From assembly GCA_028282825.1 (NCBI GenBank), contig JANQGZ010000093.1, forward strand, positions 186,612 to 250,611: a stretch of DNA of 64,000 nt, given 5' to 3'. Under the pieces are notes generated by a model. The model saw nothing but the letters and a program-made list of their open reading frames with translations, was not told the origin of the DNA and made no database searches. Of this stretch, positions 1 through 9,964 are shown in pieces (position 1 is the stretch's first letter; each line of letters begins with the position of its first letter). The translations under genes and the position numbers were made by a program. The DNA comes from SAR324 cluster bacterium. Lineage in GTDB: Bacteria > SAR324 > XYD2-FULL-50-16.

Positions 1-586
1 TTGTTTCAGCCTGATTGGCAATATTTAACCGTAAATCGTGGAATTCAGGCCTTAACAAAGCATATTTTGAACCGATCAGTTTGATACATGTGCTATCAAC
101 CAAATCATCATACTTCGATCCATTTTTAGTATAATTCTGATCTAGTAATACCTCGCAAACGTGTTCTCTATTTGCAAGGTCATCGATAACCATGATGCGT
201 TCAACATGATTCCTTAAAGAATTTTCCCAATCCGAATTTATAGAATAATGATCTATTATCAACCAATCCACATTGACTTTAAAGCGATCAATTTCTCTAA
301 TCGTTTGGATTGCATCGTTTTTTAAATCCAGCGATTCATGTTGGTCTTTAGCTACCAGCTTGCCATTAATGTTTTCAGTTGTATGATCTATCTCTTTTTC
401 CAGCAATCTGACTTCAAATCCTGCACCAGTAATCAGCTGGCTCATATTTCCAGGATATGCGGAACAGATAAAAACAATTCTTTTCACATTTTCATATTTA
501 GCCAAAGCTTTGGCTAAAGTTAGACATCGCACAACATGTCCACCGCCAATTCGAACCGAGGCATCTACTCTGAAAACAAAATTCAT
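1..586 (-). CDS. pseG: PseG-like UDP-sugar hydrolase (pseudaminic acid pathway). Only the N-terminal part is present; the gene runs off the left edge.
   Basis: Open-ended ORF not in the supplied track. The ATG is at 586-584 (complement). Hand translation MNFVFRVDASVRIGGGHVVRCLTLAKALAK... stays open to base 2. The R-x-D-A-S-x-x-IG-x-GH-x-x-RC-L-x-LA N-terminus is typical of the PseG/SpsG family. It is the last gene of the pseB/pseC operon. Confidence 0.7.
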   Translation of the reverse strand, partial: MNFVFRVDASVRIGGGHVVRCLTLAKALAKYENVKRIVFICSAYPGNMSQLITGAGFEVRLLEKEIDHTTENINGKLVAKDQHESLDLKNDAIQTIREIDRFKVNVDWLIIDHYSINSDWENSLRNHVERIMVIDDLANREHVCEVLLDQNYTKNGSKYDDLVDSTCIKLIGSKYALLRPEFHDLRLNIANQAET

Positions 587-595
587 CTTGCGTTT

Positions 596-1351
596 TTATG
601 GCAATGACTTTTTTAAAAGCCCCTCATTCCTTTTAATTTCTTGATTGATATTCGAAATTCTGGGGTATTTCTTGAGAATATCTAATATTTCTTTTAAATT
701 ACCAAACTTATTTTCAGCTGCTAAATGATTAAAAACCTTTTCCAGTAAATGAAAGTCTGGTTCTTCATCAAGCGTCAATCGTAAATGCCCGTAATCATTA
801 CTATATTTGACAAATCTGGTGGAAAACACGTCAGGATTTGAATACATGTATAATGTTACATGCTCGCGTTCTTGCTGTTTCTTTGCTTGTTTCCAGGCCC
901 GCTCCAGTGCTGAGAAAGTAAAAACTTCAGTGTCCAAGCCATCAGGCAGATAAGGGGGATTTGTATTGGAACAATAATCAACTCCGCTTCTCAGCAATTC
1001 TTCAACAACCTTATTGCTTTCTACTGGGTCTATCAGTGGGCAATCACCCGTAATTCGAATGATGATATCAGCGCCGAAAGCCACCGCAGCTTGAAAATAT
1101 CGGTCTAATACATCAGTTTCACTTCCTTGAAATAACGTATATCCCTCTTTTCCGCAGAGATCTATGAGTGGTTTTTCTCGTTTTGAGGTGGAGGTAAGGA
1201 TAGCTACTTGATCAACATTATGGATCAGCGCAGTTCGTTCATATACATGACTGATTGCCGGTTTACCGGCTAGTGGAAGCATGATTTTGCCTGGTAGTCT
1301 GGTAGATCCCATTCTAGCCTGAATCAAGGCAATAATTTTGGGGTTTTTCAT
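596..1351 (-). CDS. SpsF-type cytidylyltransferase (activates a nonulosonate or sugar)
   Basis: ORF 596-1396. The conserved N-terminus begins at Met16 (MKNPKIIALIQARMGSTRLPGKIMLPLAGKP, the CTP-binding loop of SpsF-like cytidylyltransferases), so ATG 1351 is preferred. ATG 1396 would overlap the upstream gene by 22 nt. Confidence 0.8.
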   Translation of the reverse strand: MKNPKIIALIQARMGSTRLPGKIMLPLAGKPAISHVYERTALIHNVDQVAILTSTSKREKPLIDLCGKEGYTLFQGSETDVLDRYFQAAVAFGADIIIRITGDCPLIDPVESNKVVEELLRSGVDYCSNTNPPYLPDGLDTEVFTFSALERAWKQAKKQQEREHVTLYMYSNPDVFSTRFVKYSNDYGHLRLTLDEEPDFHLLEKVFNHLAAENKFGNLKEILDILKKYPRISNINQEIKRNEGLLKKSLP

Positions 1352-1374
1352 ACTGCAGATTGCTGAAAGAAAGG

Positions 1375-2283
1375 CTAATTGTTTTCCAGATTCCAAAGAC
1401 TTGGATTACAAATCGAATCATCGATAATAGGAATTTGACTTTTTACCTCTTCAATAATGAATGGATCTATTTCGTAGTCAATTATATTTAAAATTTCATG
1501 TAGATGATTAACACTGTCGACACCTATTACCAAATCAGCATTTGTTTCTTTTTTTACATAGGCTAACAGTAGTTCTTGCAAGGAAATATCATTTTTCCTG
1601 GAAATTCTATGTAACTCTTCTATATATTTTTTTGCTATTGCCAGTTTATTCGGGATGTCATCAGGTTGCATCAGCAATAGTCCCTGGAGAAACACACTTC
1701 GAACATAAACCCTTTTTTTTAATTTCTTTGCGAGACTGAATACACTATTATCAATAAATTGCCTATCAAGTATATTCGTTGGAATCTGAATAAAATCAAT
1801 ACTTTCCGTTCTCAAAGCTCTAATAGCATATTCAACTGAGTAAAGTGAAATTCCGATTTTCAAAACTAATCCTGAAGCAACGCATTCCTTCATTAGCTTT
1901 CCAATTCCAGTTTCCCATTGATCTAAAAGCTTTTCTTCATGAATCATTAACCCAGAAAGCCTTGAGACAGTAAGTCGGGATAGACTTTGCTTTACCGCTT
2001 CTAATACATTTCCCCAGCTTTTGTAATCCAAGCCAGGATGCAATTTACTAATTACATTAACTTTTTCTGAAATCTTAAGTAAGGAAAAGACCCTTCCTAA
2101 TACTTTTTCACTATCTCCATAAGCTTGTGCTGTATCAAAATTTACAATGCCTTCTTGATAGGCTTTTTGAACTATAGAAGTTACCGTTTCAAAATCGGGT
2201 TTGCCTTTTCTATTAGCCACTCCATAATCCAATCCAAATTGCGCTGTTCCAAGCACTAGCTTTTTTTTGAGGAAATCTTTCAT
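1375..2283 (-). CDS. Aldo/keto reductase family oxidoreductase
   Basis: 302 aa. LVLGTAQFGLDYGVAN... and DTAQAYGDSE match the AKR N-terminal signature. It is co-oriented within the nonulosonate operon. Confidence 0.8.
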   Translation of the reverse strand: MKDFLKKKLVLGTAQFGLDYGVANRKGKPDFETVTSIVQKAYQEGIVNFDTAQAYGDSEKVLGRVFSLLKISEKVNVISKLHPGLDYKSWGNVLEAVKQSLSRLTVSRLSGLMIHEEKLLDQWETGIGKLMKECVASGLVLKIGISLYSVEYAIRALRTESIDFIQIPTNILDRQFIDNSVFSLAKKLKKRVYVRSVFLQGLLLMQPDDIPNKLAIAKKYIEELHRISRKNDISLQELLLAYVKKETNADLVIGVDSVNHLHEILNIIDYEIDPFIIEEVKSQIPIIDDSICNPSLWNLENN

Positions 2284-2301
2284 TCTTAAGAGTTCCTTAT
2301 A

Positions 2302-3618
2302 TCAAGTTAATCTCTTAAAACCTGGATTGGAAGGTTTTCCGATTAGCTTTTCTGCAATTTCACCCTTGTTCATATCTTCAGCCATAGTTTCAAAAGCTGA
2401 ATCTACTGCAGTTAGATACTGCTGCACATGATCTTCTGTGTGAGCCCCCATCGCATAAAAAAGATTAGAAGCTAAAAAACCCTGTTCAATCATTAGTTGG
2501 ATGAAATAAGATTTTAATGCTAGTCCATCTTCATGGTTGAACTGAAAATGGCTTAATGGAGCTATACCATCAATGGTAATATCTATTCCGAATTTTTCAG
2601 CTTTTTCTCCCCATCCTTTTTGAACAAGACTTCCGATAGATTCCAAGTATTTACCCAAATCCAATCGTCTGTGTTTTTTCAAACACGCTAATGCCGCTAC
2701 AGTTCCTGTCCTTTCCGTCCAATTAGTACTACTGATAAATGTCGATTCAACCGAAGTCATAATCGGACTTTTACCAATTACTGCTCCTATAGGATAACCG
2801 TTGCCTAATGCTTTAGAAAAAACTGCAATATCCGGATCGATATTTAATAATATATGAGCGCCTCCTGAATTAAGCCTCAAACCAGATGAGATCTCATCAA
2901 TAATTAAGACTGCACCAATTTCATTTGCTATTGAACGAACCTCCTCTAGAAAACCTGGTTTAGGAATAATATTCCGAATGGGTTCCATTACAATTGCAGC
3001 TATTTTATTTTTTTGTCTGGCAACTATCTCCTTTAATTCATCTATTTCATTGTATCTAAAAGGAAACGCAGTTCCTTTTAACCCCTTGGGGACTCCATTA
3101 GGCTCCAATCCAGGTAGTAGATGTTGGCCAAGGGCATTATCTGTGTTGAGATTAGCAGCCAAATACCAGTCATGCCATCCATGATATCCACAAAAAGCTA
3201 TCACGTCTCTTCCAGTGAATGCTCTACCAATACGCACAGCGATTGACATTGCTTCTCCGCCAGTCCTTGAGAACCTTGCCATATCTGCCCAAGGATGGAT
3301 TTCACATAGAAGCTCTGCCAATTCAACTTCTTCCAAGCAATTTAGAGAACTGCTTGAACCATTTTTAATAGCCTCAATGACAGCTTCATCGACCTCATCA
3401 TCGGCGTAACCAAGGATATTAGCACCTATTCCTCCAATACTCATATCGAGATATCGATTGCCATCCAAATCCCATATCTCTGCACCCTTTGCTTTTTTGT
3501 AGTAACCCGGCCAGATGCCAAATCCAAACTGATCTGGACGCTTTGATAATAACTGAGTCATCCCAGGAATGAGTTTCTTGGCACGTTCCTGTGTGTCTAT
3601 ACAAATGGGAATATTCAT
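2302..3618 (-). CDS. Class-III PLP aminotransferase (glutamate-1-semialdehyde aminomutase-like)
   Basis: 438 aa. Motifs present: FSRTGGEAMSIAVRIGRAFTGR, LIIDEISSG, and FSKALGNGYP (PLP lysine context). It overlaps the upstream gene by 4 nt. Confidence 0.85.
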   Translation of the reverse strand: MNIPICIDTQERAKKLIPGMTQLLSKRPDQFGFGIWPGYYKKAKGAEIWDLDGNRYLDMSIGGIGANILGYADDEVDEAVIEAIKNGSSSSLNCLEEVELAELLCEIHPWADMARFSRTGGEAMSIAVRIGRAFTGRDVIAFCGYHGWHDWYLAANLNTDNALGQHLLPGLEPNGVPKGLKGTAFPFRYNEIDELKEIVARQKNKIAAIVMEPIRNIIPKPGFLEEVRSIANEIGAVLIIDEISSGLRLNSGGAHILLNIDPDIAVFSKALGNGYPIGAVIGKSPIMTSVESTFISSTNWTERTGTVAALACLKKHRRLDLGKYLESIGSLVQKGWGEKAEKFGIDITIDGIAPLSHFQFNHEDGLALKSYFIQLMIEQGFLASNLFYAMGAHTEDHVQQYLTAVDSAFETMAEDMNKGEIAEKLIGKPSNPGFKRLT

Positions 3619-5747
3619 GTCTGTTCGTTGATTAATTTCTTGATACTTTCAATCACAATTTCCTCCTCGTGTTCCATCATCGCAGGAAAAAGAGGTAATG
3701 AAACACATTGCTGAAAGTAAAGCTCTGCAGCTGGAAAAGCCTTGCTGTCGAGATTGAATCGAGATTTATAATAAGGCTGTCTATAGACTGGTATATAGTG
3801 GACTTGTGACAACACTCCCATTTCTTTTAATCTTGCCATGAAATCATTTTTGGACAGACCAAGCGGGCCAAAATCAACAAGTAGAACATAGAGATGGAAA
3901 TTAGAGTCACACTCCTGGCTTTCATAAGGGATCTTAATATGCTGTAAGTTGCGGAGAGCTTCATTGTATCGATTGACAATATTTCTGCGCCGGTCTTTAA
4001 ACAATGCAAGTCTTTTTATTTGAGACAGCCCCAAAACAGATTGAATATCGGTAATCCGATAATTGTATCCCAATTCATGTTGTTCGTAATACCAGTTTCC
4101 AAGGTTTTGATGCATTTTTGATAGATCTTTAGTAATTCCATGACTACGAAATAGTCTCAGTCTTTCATCCATTTTTTCCTGATTTGTCAATACTGCTCCA
4201 CCTTCACCCGTCGTAATATGTTTTACCGGATGGAAACTTAGAACTGACATATCAGAAAAAACACAAGACCCCACTTCGTACCCAAAATACTTTGATCCCA
4301 AAGCATGACTTGCATCTTCGATGATCCATATTTTATGCCCAAATCTGTCTTCTGCGCTTTCTACCACCTTTTTTATCGCCTGCATGTCGCAACTTTGGCC
4401 TGCAAGATGGACTGGAATAACGGCCTTTGTTCTCTTTGTTATTTTTCTTTCAAGTTCTTTCGGATCCAAGTTGTATGTTTCGGGATCAACATCTGCAAAA
4501 ACTGGTACTGCACCACAATAGAGAACACAGTTTGCAGAAGCGACAAACGTTATTGGTGAGGTGACTACTTCATCCCCTTGTTTGATCCCTGCCGCAAGAC
4601 ATGCAACATGAAGTGCGGAGGTTCCAGAATTGACAGCGACAGCATGATTAGCAGTTGTATGCCTGCAAAGAGCTTCTTCAAACTCATTGACTTTAGGTCC
4701 TTGAGTTATCCAATCCGATTTAAGAACTTCGGATACGGCTTCTATGTCAGCGTTATCAATCCATTGACGCCCGTACGGAATACTCCCTGTTCTTCTACGA
4801 TCAGATAAAAAAACAGTTTTTAAATGCTCTGGCAATGCTGAATGATAGTCGCGATAAAAGCATTCTAATGAGTGTTCAATTGTGGGCATTTTCAGAGATA
4901 GCGCCTCTTCAATTTTTTTTACGTTCAGTGATAGCTTTTTCCCCCTTTTTGCTTGAAAAGAGAACTTGTCAATTGACATAGAATTGACCAAACTCGTTCG
5001 ATAACCAAACTTAGATGCTAGCAATGAAGCGAATTGATATTTAGTACAACTATTTGTTGCCCCACAATTATACACTCCATTCAGATCTTTTCTAATTGCA
5101 AGATCTATTATTTTAGCCAATTCAAATGTATAGATCGTTGAAAAATATACATCTGAGAAGCCATTGACTCGCTTTTGATCTCTTAATTCACCAAGAATCC
5201 ATTCCCCTAAACTTTTTTTATTCTGTATATTCCAGCCAAAAATATTAGTTCGGAGAACCAGCGATTTAGGATGATTAAGTGCTTTTGATTCCCCTTCCAG
5301 TTTTGTTTGACCGTAATAATTTTGGGGAGAAACTTGCGAATTTTCGGCAGATAGCTGCGATTCCCCTTTGTAAACGGAGTCAGAGGAAATATATATCAAC
5401 TTTGTATCATTGGATATGCTTTGTTGGACATACTGTGTCAAATTCACATTAACATTATAAGTATCTTCTTTATTCAATTCGCAAAGGTCAACGTTTGTTC
5501 GCGAAGCACAATGAATAACTATATCGGGATCGATGTCAGAAAATATCTTTTGAGTGCAATCCTCTGAAGTCAGATTACAACAATGAATAGTAACACCTTC
5601 AAGCTCAACGGGGTTTGAGCTATAGATTCCGTAAACCTGAAAGCGATCTTTAAAAAACAGAGCAAGATTGCTACCAAGTAAGCCGCTTATTCCTGTAATT
5701 AAAAGCTTTTTTTTCATTCGTATGTCATTTGATAAACTAATCTCCAT
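3615..5747 (-). CDS. Fusion protein: N-terminal RmlD-like NAD(P) SDR reductase/epimerase plus C-terminal PseC-type (DegT/DnrJ/EryC1) sugar aminotransferase
   Basis: 710 aa. The N-terminal ~300 aa carry LLITGISGLLGSNL (Rossmann fold) and YGQTKLEGE (YxxxK, as in RmlD). The C-terminal ~390 aa carry IPYGRQWIDNADIEAV...ITQGPKV, NSGTSALH and SFHPVKHITTGEGG (PLP Lys), as in PseC. The TAATG junction with pseB suggests translational coupling. Confidence 0.85.
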   Translation of the reverse strand: MEISLSNDIRMKKKLLITGISGLLGSNLALFFKDRFQVYGIYSSNPVELEGVTIHCCNLTSEDCTQKIFSDIDPDIVIHCASRTNVDLCELNKEDTYNVNVNLTQYVQQSISNDTKLIYISSDSVYKGESQLSAENSQVSPQNYYGQTKLEGESKALNHPKSLVLRTNIFGWNIQNKKSLGEWILGELRDQKRVNGFSDVYFSTIYTFELAKIIDLAIRKDLNGVYNCGATNSCTKYQFASLLASKFGYRTSLVNSMSIDKFSFQAKRGKKLSLNVKKIEEALSLKMPTIEHSLECFYRDYHSALPEHLKTVFLSDRRRTGSIPYGRQWIDNADIEAVSEVLKSDWITQGPKVNEFEEALCRHTTANHAVAVNSGTSALHVACLAAGIKQGDEVVTSPITFVASANCVLYCGAVPVFADVDPETYNLDPKELERKITKRTKAVIPVHLAGQSCDMQAIKKVVESAEDRFGHKIWIIEDASHALGSKYFGYEVGSCVFSDMSVLSFHPVKHITTGEGGAVLTNQEKMDERLRLFRSHGITKDLSKMHQNLGNWYYEQHELGYNYRITDIQSVLGLSQIKRLALFKDRRRNIVNRYNEALRNLQHIKIPYESQECDSNFHLYVLLVDFGPLGLSKNDFMARLKEMGVLSQVHYIPVYRQPYYKSRFNLDSKAFPAAELYFQQCVSLPLFPAMMEHEEEIVIESIKKLINEQT

Positions 5748-6802
5748 TACTGAGGAACATCATCCATCGACCATCTACTTGTCTCAATTTTATAGTCATC
5801 TTCTATTTCTTCAATCATTTGCCTTAGTTCTTCAATCGAAATTATCTGTTCGTTGATGTCTGAAACATAGCAAAATCCCTCTTCACAAGCCTTACCACCC
5901 TCTTTAAGGTGATGTGACTTTCTAACTTCCGTCAGTGAAGAGCCGACAACATAGCACTCGTTATACTCGATAGTATGCCTACCCTCATCTTCCCCAATAA
6001 GTGATTCGTGAATCTTTTCACCAGGTCGTATTCCTACAATCTCTTGTTTACTGTCTGGAGCAATAGCTTTGGCCAAGTCTGTGATTTTCATTGAAGGAAT
6101 CTTTGGTACAAATATTTCTCCCCCTTTTGCTAGTTCCAGTACCCTGAGAACAAAATGAACTCCTTGATCAAGAGTGATCCAGAATCGAGTCATTCTTGGA
6201 TCGGTGATTGGAAGGGTTCCTGTCTGTTTTCTTTCCTTGAAGAACGGAACAACGGATCCTCTGCTTCCCACGACATTACCATATCTCACTACAGCAAAAG
6301 TAGTATCTGTTTCACCTCCTCTATATACATTCGCTGCTGTGAACAGCTTGTCAGAGCACAGCTTAGTAGCACCATACAGATTTATTGGATTACATGCCTT
6401 ATCTGTTGATAAAGCAATAACTTTATCAACTTTGTTTACCAATGCTGCATCAATTACATTCATTGCACCATTAATATTGGTTTTAATGCATTCCTCCGGG
6501 TTGTACTCAGCTGCTGGCACTTGTTTTAAAGCAGCCGCGTGAATTACATAATCAACACCATTAAATGCTCTTACTAATCGCTCATAATCTCGGACGTCTC
6601 CAAGAAAGTATCGAATGCATGGGTACTTATTCGAATTCCAGCGTTGAGACATTTCAAATTGTTTTAGCTCGTCACGGCTAAAAATAATAAGCTTTTTGGG
6701 TTTGTACTTGTCCAGTATTATTTGAACCATTTTCTTGCCAAAAGAACCTGTTCCACCAGTAATTAGTATCGTGCTATTGTCCAACATATCTAAAATCTCC
6801 AT
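5747..6802 (-). CDS. pseB: UDP-N-acetylglucosamine 4,6-dehydratase (inverting), PseB/FlaA1 type
   Basis: 351 aa. ILITGGTGSFGKK, YGATKLCSDKLF (YxxxK) and the overall CapD/PseB layout. It is the first gene of the operon. Confidence 0.9.
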   Translation of the reverse strand: MEILDMLDNSTILITGGTGSFGKKMVQIILDKYKPKKLIIFSRDELKQFEMSQRWNSNKYPCIRYFLGDVRDYERLVRAFNGVDYVIHAAALKQVPAAEYNPEECIKTNINGAMNVIDAALVNKVDKVIALSTDKACNPINLYGATKLCSDKLFTAANVYRGGETDTTFAVVRYGNVVGSRGSVVPFFKERKQTGTLPITDPRMTRFWITLDQGVHFVLRVLELAKGGEIFVPKIPSMKITDLAKAIAPDSKQEIVGIRPGEKIHESLIGEDEGRHTIEYNECYVVGSSLTEVRKSHHLKEGGKACEEGFCYVSDINEQIISIEELRQMIEEIEDDYKIETSRWSMDDVPQ

Positions 6803-6889
6803 GATTCTTATCGAGAAATACTACATTTAATAGGAGTCAAAACCCAATTTTCGAAATTAATATAATAAGGCTTATCTTACAAAAGTTAA

Positions 6890-7996
6890 CTATTCGAAAT
6901 AATTCTTTATTTTGTAGCCGCCATTTACCAGGTGTTCATCACGTTTTGCATCGGCTAGATCATATTCAACCATATCTTTTACAAGGTCTTCCAGTTTATA
7001 TTTATGATACCAGCCAAGTTTTTCTTTTGCCTTGGAGGGATCTCCGATCAACAATTCCACCTCGGTCGGTCGGAAGTATCTTGGATCGACCTCAACCAAA
7101 ACCTTCCCGGTTTTCTTGTCAATTCCTTTTTCATCTGCTCCTTTACCTTGCCATTCCAATTCTATTCCTACTTCCTTAAAAGCTATTCCTGCAAAAGTTC
7201 TAACCGCTGTAGTCTTACCAGAGGCTAAAACGAAATCTTCTGGGGATTCTGTTTGCAGCATCAACCACATCCCAACCACATAATCTTTTGCATGTCCCCA
7301 GTCCCGTTTAGCATCCAGATTTCCAAGATAAAGTTTATCCTGCAGTCCCAGCGAAATTTTTGCAGCTGCCCTTGTAATCTTTCTAGTAACAAACGTTTCC
7401 CCTCTGATTGGAGATTCGTGGTTAAAGAGTATGCCGTTGCAGGCAAACATGTTGTAAGCTTCACGATAGTTAACTGTTATCCAGTAGGAATACAACTTAG
7501 CACAAGCATATGGTGATCTGGGATAAAATGGTGTGGTTTCTTTTTGCGGTGTTTCCTGAATCAAACCATAAAGTTCGCTGGTGGAGGCTTGATAGAACTT
7601 TGTCTTGTCAGTCAAATTTAATAGTCTAATGGCTTCAAGCAGTCGTAGGGTTCCTAATGCATCTGTATCTGCTGTAAACTCAGGATTTTCAAATGAGACT
7701 TGCACATGGCTTTGAGCGCCCAAATTGTAAATTTCATCCGGTTGAATTTCCTGCACTTTTCGTATCATGTTGGTTGAATCAGTTAACTCTCCATAATGAA
7801 GGAAAAAACTGCTGCCCACTTCATGAGGATCTTTATAGAGATGGTCGATCCTATCTGTATTAAACAGCGAACTTCGACGTTTGATACCATGAACTTCATA
7901 ACCCTTTTTGATAAGAAATTCAGCTAAATACGCTCCATCCTGACCAGTTATTCCTGTAATTAAAGCTGTTTTTTTACCCATTACCTTTTTCTGCAA
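6890..7996 (-). CDS. gmd: GDP-mannose 4,6-dehydratase
   Basis: 368 aa. [54 protein letters not shown] and NHESPIRG are all classic Gmd motifs. Confidence 0.95.
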   Translation of the reverse strand: MQKKVMGKKTALITGITGQDGAYLAEFLIKKGYEVHGIKRRSSLFNTDRIDHLYKDPHEVGSSFFLHYGELTDSTNMIRKVQEIQPDEIYNLGAQSHVQVSFENPEFTADTDALGTLRLLEAIRLLNLTDKTKFYQASTSELYGLIQETPQKETTPFYPRSPYACAKLYSYWITVNYREAYNMFACNGILFNHESPIRGETFVTRKITRAAAKISLGLQDKLYLGNLDAKRDWGHAKDYVVGMWLMLQTESPEDFVLASGKTTAVRTFAGIAFKEVGIELEWQGKGADEKGIDKKTGKVLVEVDPRYFRPTEVELLIGDPSKAKEKLGWYHKYKLEDLVKDMVEYDLADAKRDEHLVNGGYKIKNYFE

Positions 7997-8364
7997 TTGT
8001 CTGTAAATTCAATAGTCTAAATTAGATTTAATAAAAAAGACATCTTTTGGAGATCAAAAGAATTGTGCATATTTAATTCCAAAATTGGTAATTTACTAGT
8101 TGAGTGTTTTATTAGAATTGCATTCATAAAATAAGCTGTCCATTTGTATTTTCGGCCATTTAAGACTCATGGCAATCCTAATGGATTGCTGTGAAGTTTT
8201 CAAAGGTCGTTGAACAACCTATCGAAAAAAGTCGAAAGTCAAAAATTTTAAAACGGAAAACACAGTACAAGTATTCCTAATTCGACATTGACAGAAACTT
8301 GTGACAAGCGCTGAAGTAGACGTAATGAAAATAAATATCATGTTAAAATAAATGGAAATAAAAA

Positions 8365-9438
8365 ATGTCGGAACAATATTTAATTACAGGTGGTGCAGGA
8401 TTTATAGGAGTGAATTTCATTCAACATGTTTTAGCATCAAATAATGATGTATGTATATTGAACTTCGATAAATTAACCTATTCTGGAAATCTTGAATCAT
8501 TAAAGTCTATTTCAAGCGATTCCCGATATTCCTTCTTTAAAGGGGATATAGCTAAAATAGAAGACGTATCGAAGGCTATCAAAGAATTTCAACCATCTAA
8601 AATAATCCACTTTGCTGCGGAGTCTCACGTCGACAGGTCAATTGACGGACCGGATGAATTCATAAAAACAAACATATTAGGGACTTATAATCTGCTTAAG
8701 CAATCAAGAAGTTATTGGGAGGAGAGTGTAGCTAACCGAAAGAATGAATTTCGTTTTTTACATGTGTCAACAGATGAAGTGTATGGAAGTTTAGGTGAAA
8801 CAGGTTTATTTACAGAAACTACTCCATATGCCCCTAATTCACCTTATTCTGCCTCGAAAGCTGCATCAGATCATTTAGTTCGAGCTTGGTTTCACACCTA
8901 TGGATTTCCTGTTCTAACCACAAATTGCTCCAATAATTACGGTCCTTATCAATTTCCCGAAAAACTGATTCCAGTGATTATCCTAAATGCCTTGAACGAA
9001 AAATCTCTTCCGATTTATGGTGACGGAAGTAATATTAGGGACTGGTTGTATGTGTCAGATCATTGTGAAGCAATCATCCAAATAATAAACAGAGGTCGTC
9101 TCGGGCAGACTTACAACATCGGTGGCAATAACGAATGCACAAACATTGAAGTGGTTAAAATGATCTGCAAAATTTTGGATGAAATACGTCCAAAAAAATC
9201 AGGTTCCTATTCCGACCAAATTACTTTTGTCAAAGATCGGCCGGGTCATGATAGGCGATATGCCATCGATTCAAGTAAGCTTCAAAATGAAATTGGCTGG
9301 AGTCCAAAACATGATTTTGAAAGCGGTTTTAGAAGAACTGTTGTGTGGTATTTGGACAACATGGATTGGGTGGAAAACATACTAAATGGTGGTTACCGGT
9401 TAGAAAGAGTTGGTCTTGAACATGGGAAAATCAACTGA
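8365..9438 (+). CDS. rfbB: dTDP-glucose 4,6-dehydratase
   Basis: 357 aa. LITGGAGFIGVNF, HVSTDEVYG, YSASKAASDHLVRAW and RPGHDRRYAID. Confidence 0.95.
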   Translation: MSEQYLITGGAGFIGVNFIQHVLASNNDVCILNFDKLTYSGNLESLKSISSDSRYSFFKGDIAKIEDVSKAIKEFQPSKIIHFAAESHVDRSIDGPDEFIKTNILGTYNLLKQSRSYWEESVANRKNEFRFLHVSTDEVYGSLGETGLFTETTPYAPNSPYSASKAASDHLVRAWFHTYGFPVLTTNCSNNYGPYQFPEKLIPVIILNALNEKSLPIYGDGSNIRDWLYVSDHCEAIIQIINRGRLGQTYNIGGNNECTNIEVVKMICKILDEIRPKKSGSYSDQITFVKDRPGHDRRYAIDSSKLQNEIGWSPKHDFESGFRRTVVWYLDNMDWVENILNGGYRLERVGLEHGKIN

Positions 9439-9963
9439 TGCTTCCTTGTACCGAGGTAATTTTTGATCTTTGGCTGAAACGATTGGGTTGGAGATCTGCC
9501 AGTTGATGTTTAAATCCAGATCATCCCAGCGAATACCTCTCTCATCTTCCGGGTGGTAAAAATCAGTTACTTTATAAACAAACTCGGCAGAATCCGTTAA
9601 GACTGAATAACCATGGGCAAGCCCGCCAGGAATCCAAATTTGTTTTTTATTTTCTGCTGAAATTGCACAAGAAAACCATTTGCCATATGAAGGTGAATTT
9701 TTTCTTATATCAACAATTACATCTAGAACGCTTCCTTGAATGACACGAACTAATTTCCCCTGTGGATACTTTTTTTGAAAATGCAGCCCACGAATCACAC
9801 TTTTCGTAGATCGGGCATGGTTATCTTGGATCAAATCTTCATGAATACCAGCTTCATTAAAAACCTGCTTGTTGTATGATTCAAAAAAAAATCCACGTTC
9901 ATCTTCAAACACTTTAGGAGTCAATACCAATACTCCAGGAATGGTCGTTTTCTCAACTTTCAT
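9400..9963 (-). CDS. rfbC: dTDP-4-dehydrorhamnose 3,5-epimerase
   Basis: 187 aa. DERGFFFESY, RGLHFQ, QGKLVRV and VPGGLAHGY-like motifs. Its 3' end overlaps the rfbB 3' end by 39 nt. Confidence 0.95.
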   Translation of the reverse strand: MKVEKTTIPGVLVLTPKVFEDERGFFFESYNKQVFNEAGIHEDLIQDNHARSTKSVIRGLHFQKKYPQGKLVRVIQGSVLDVIVDIRKNSPSYGKWFSCAISAENKKQIWIPGGLAHGYSVLTDSAEFVYKVTDFYHPEDERGIRWDDLDLNINWQISNPIVSAKDQKLPRYKEASVDFPMFKTNSF

Positions 9964-9964
9964 T

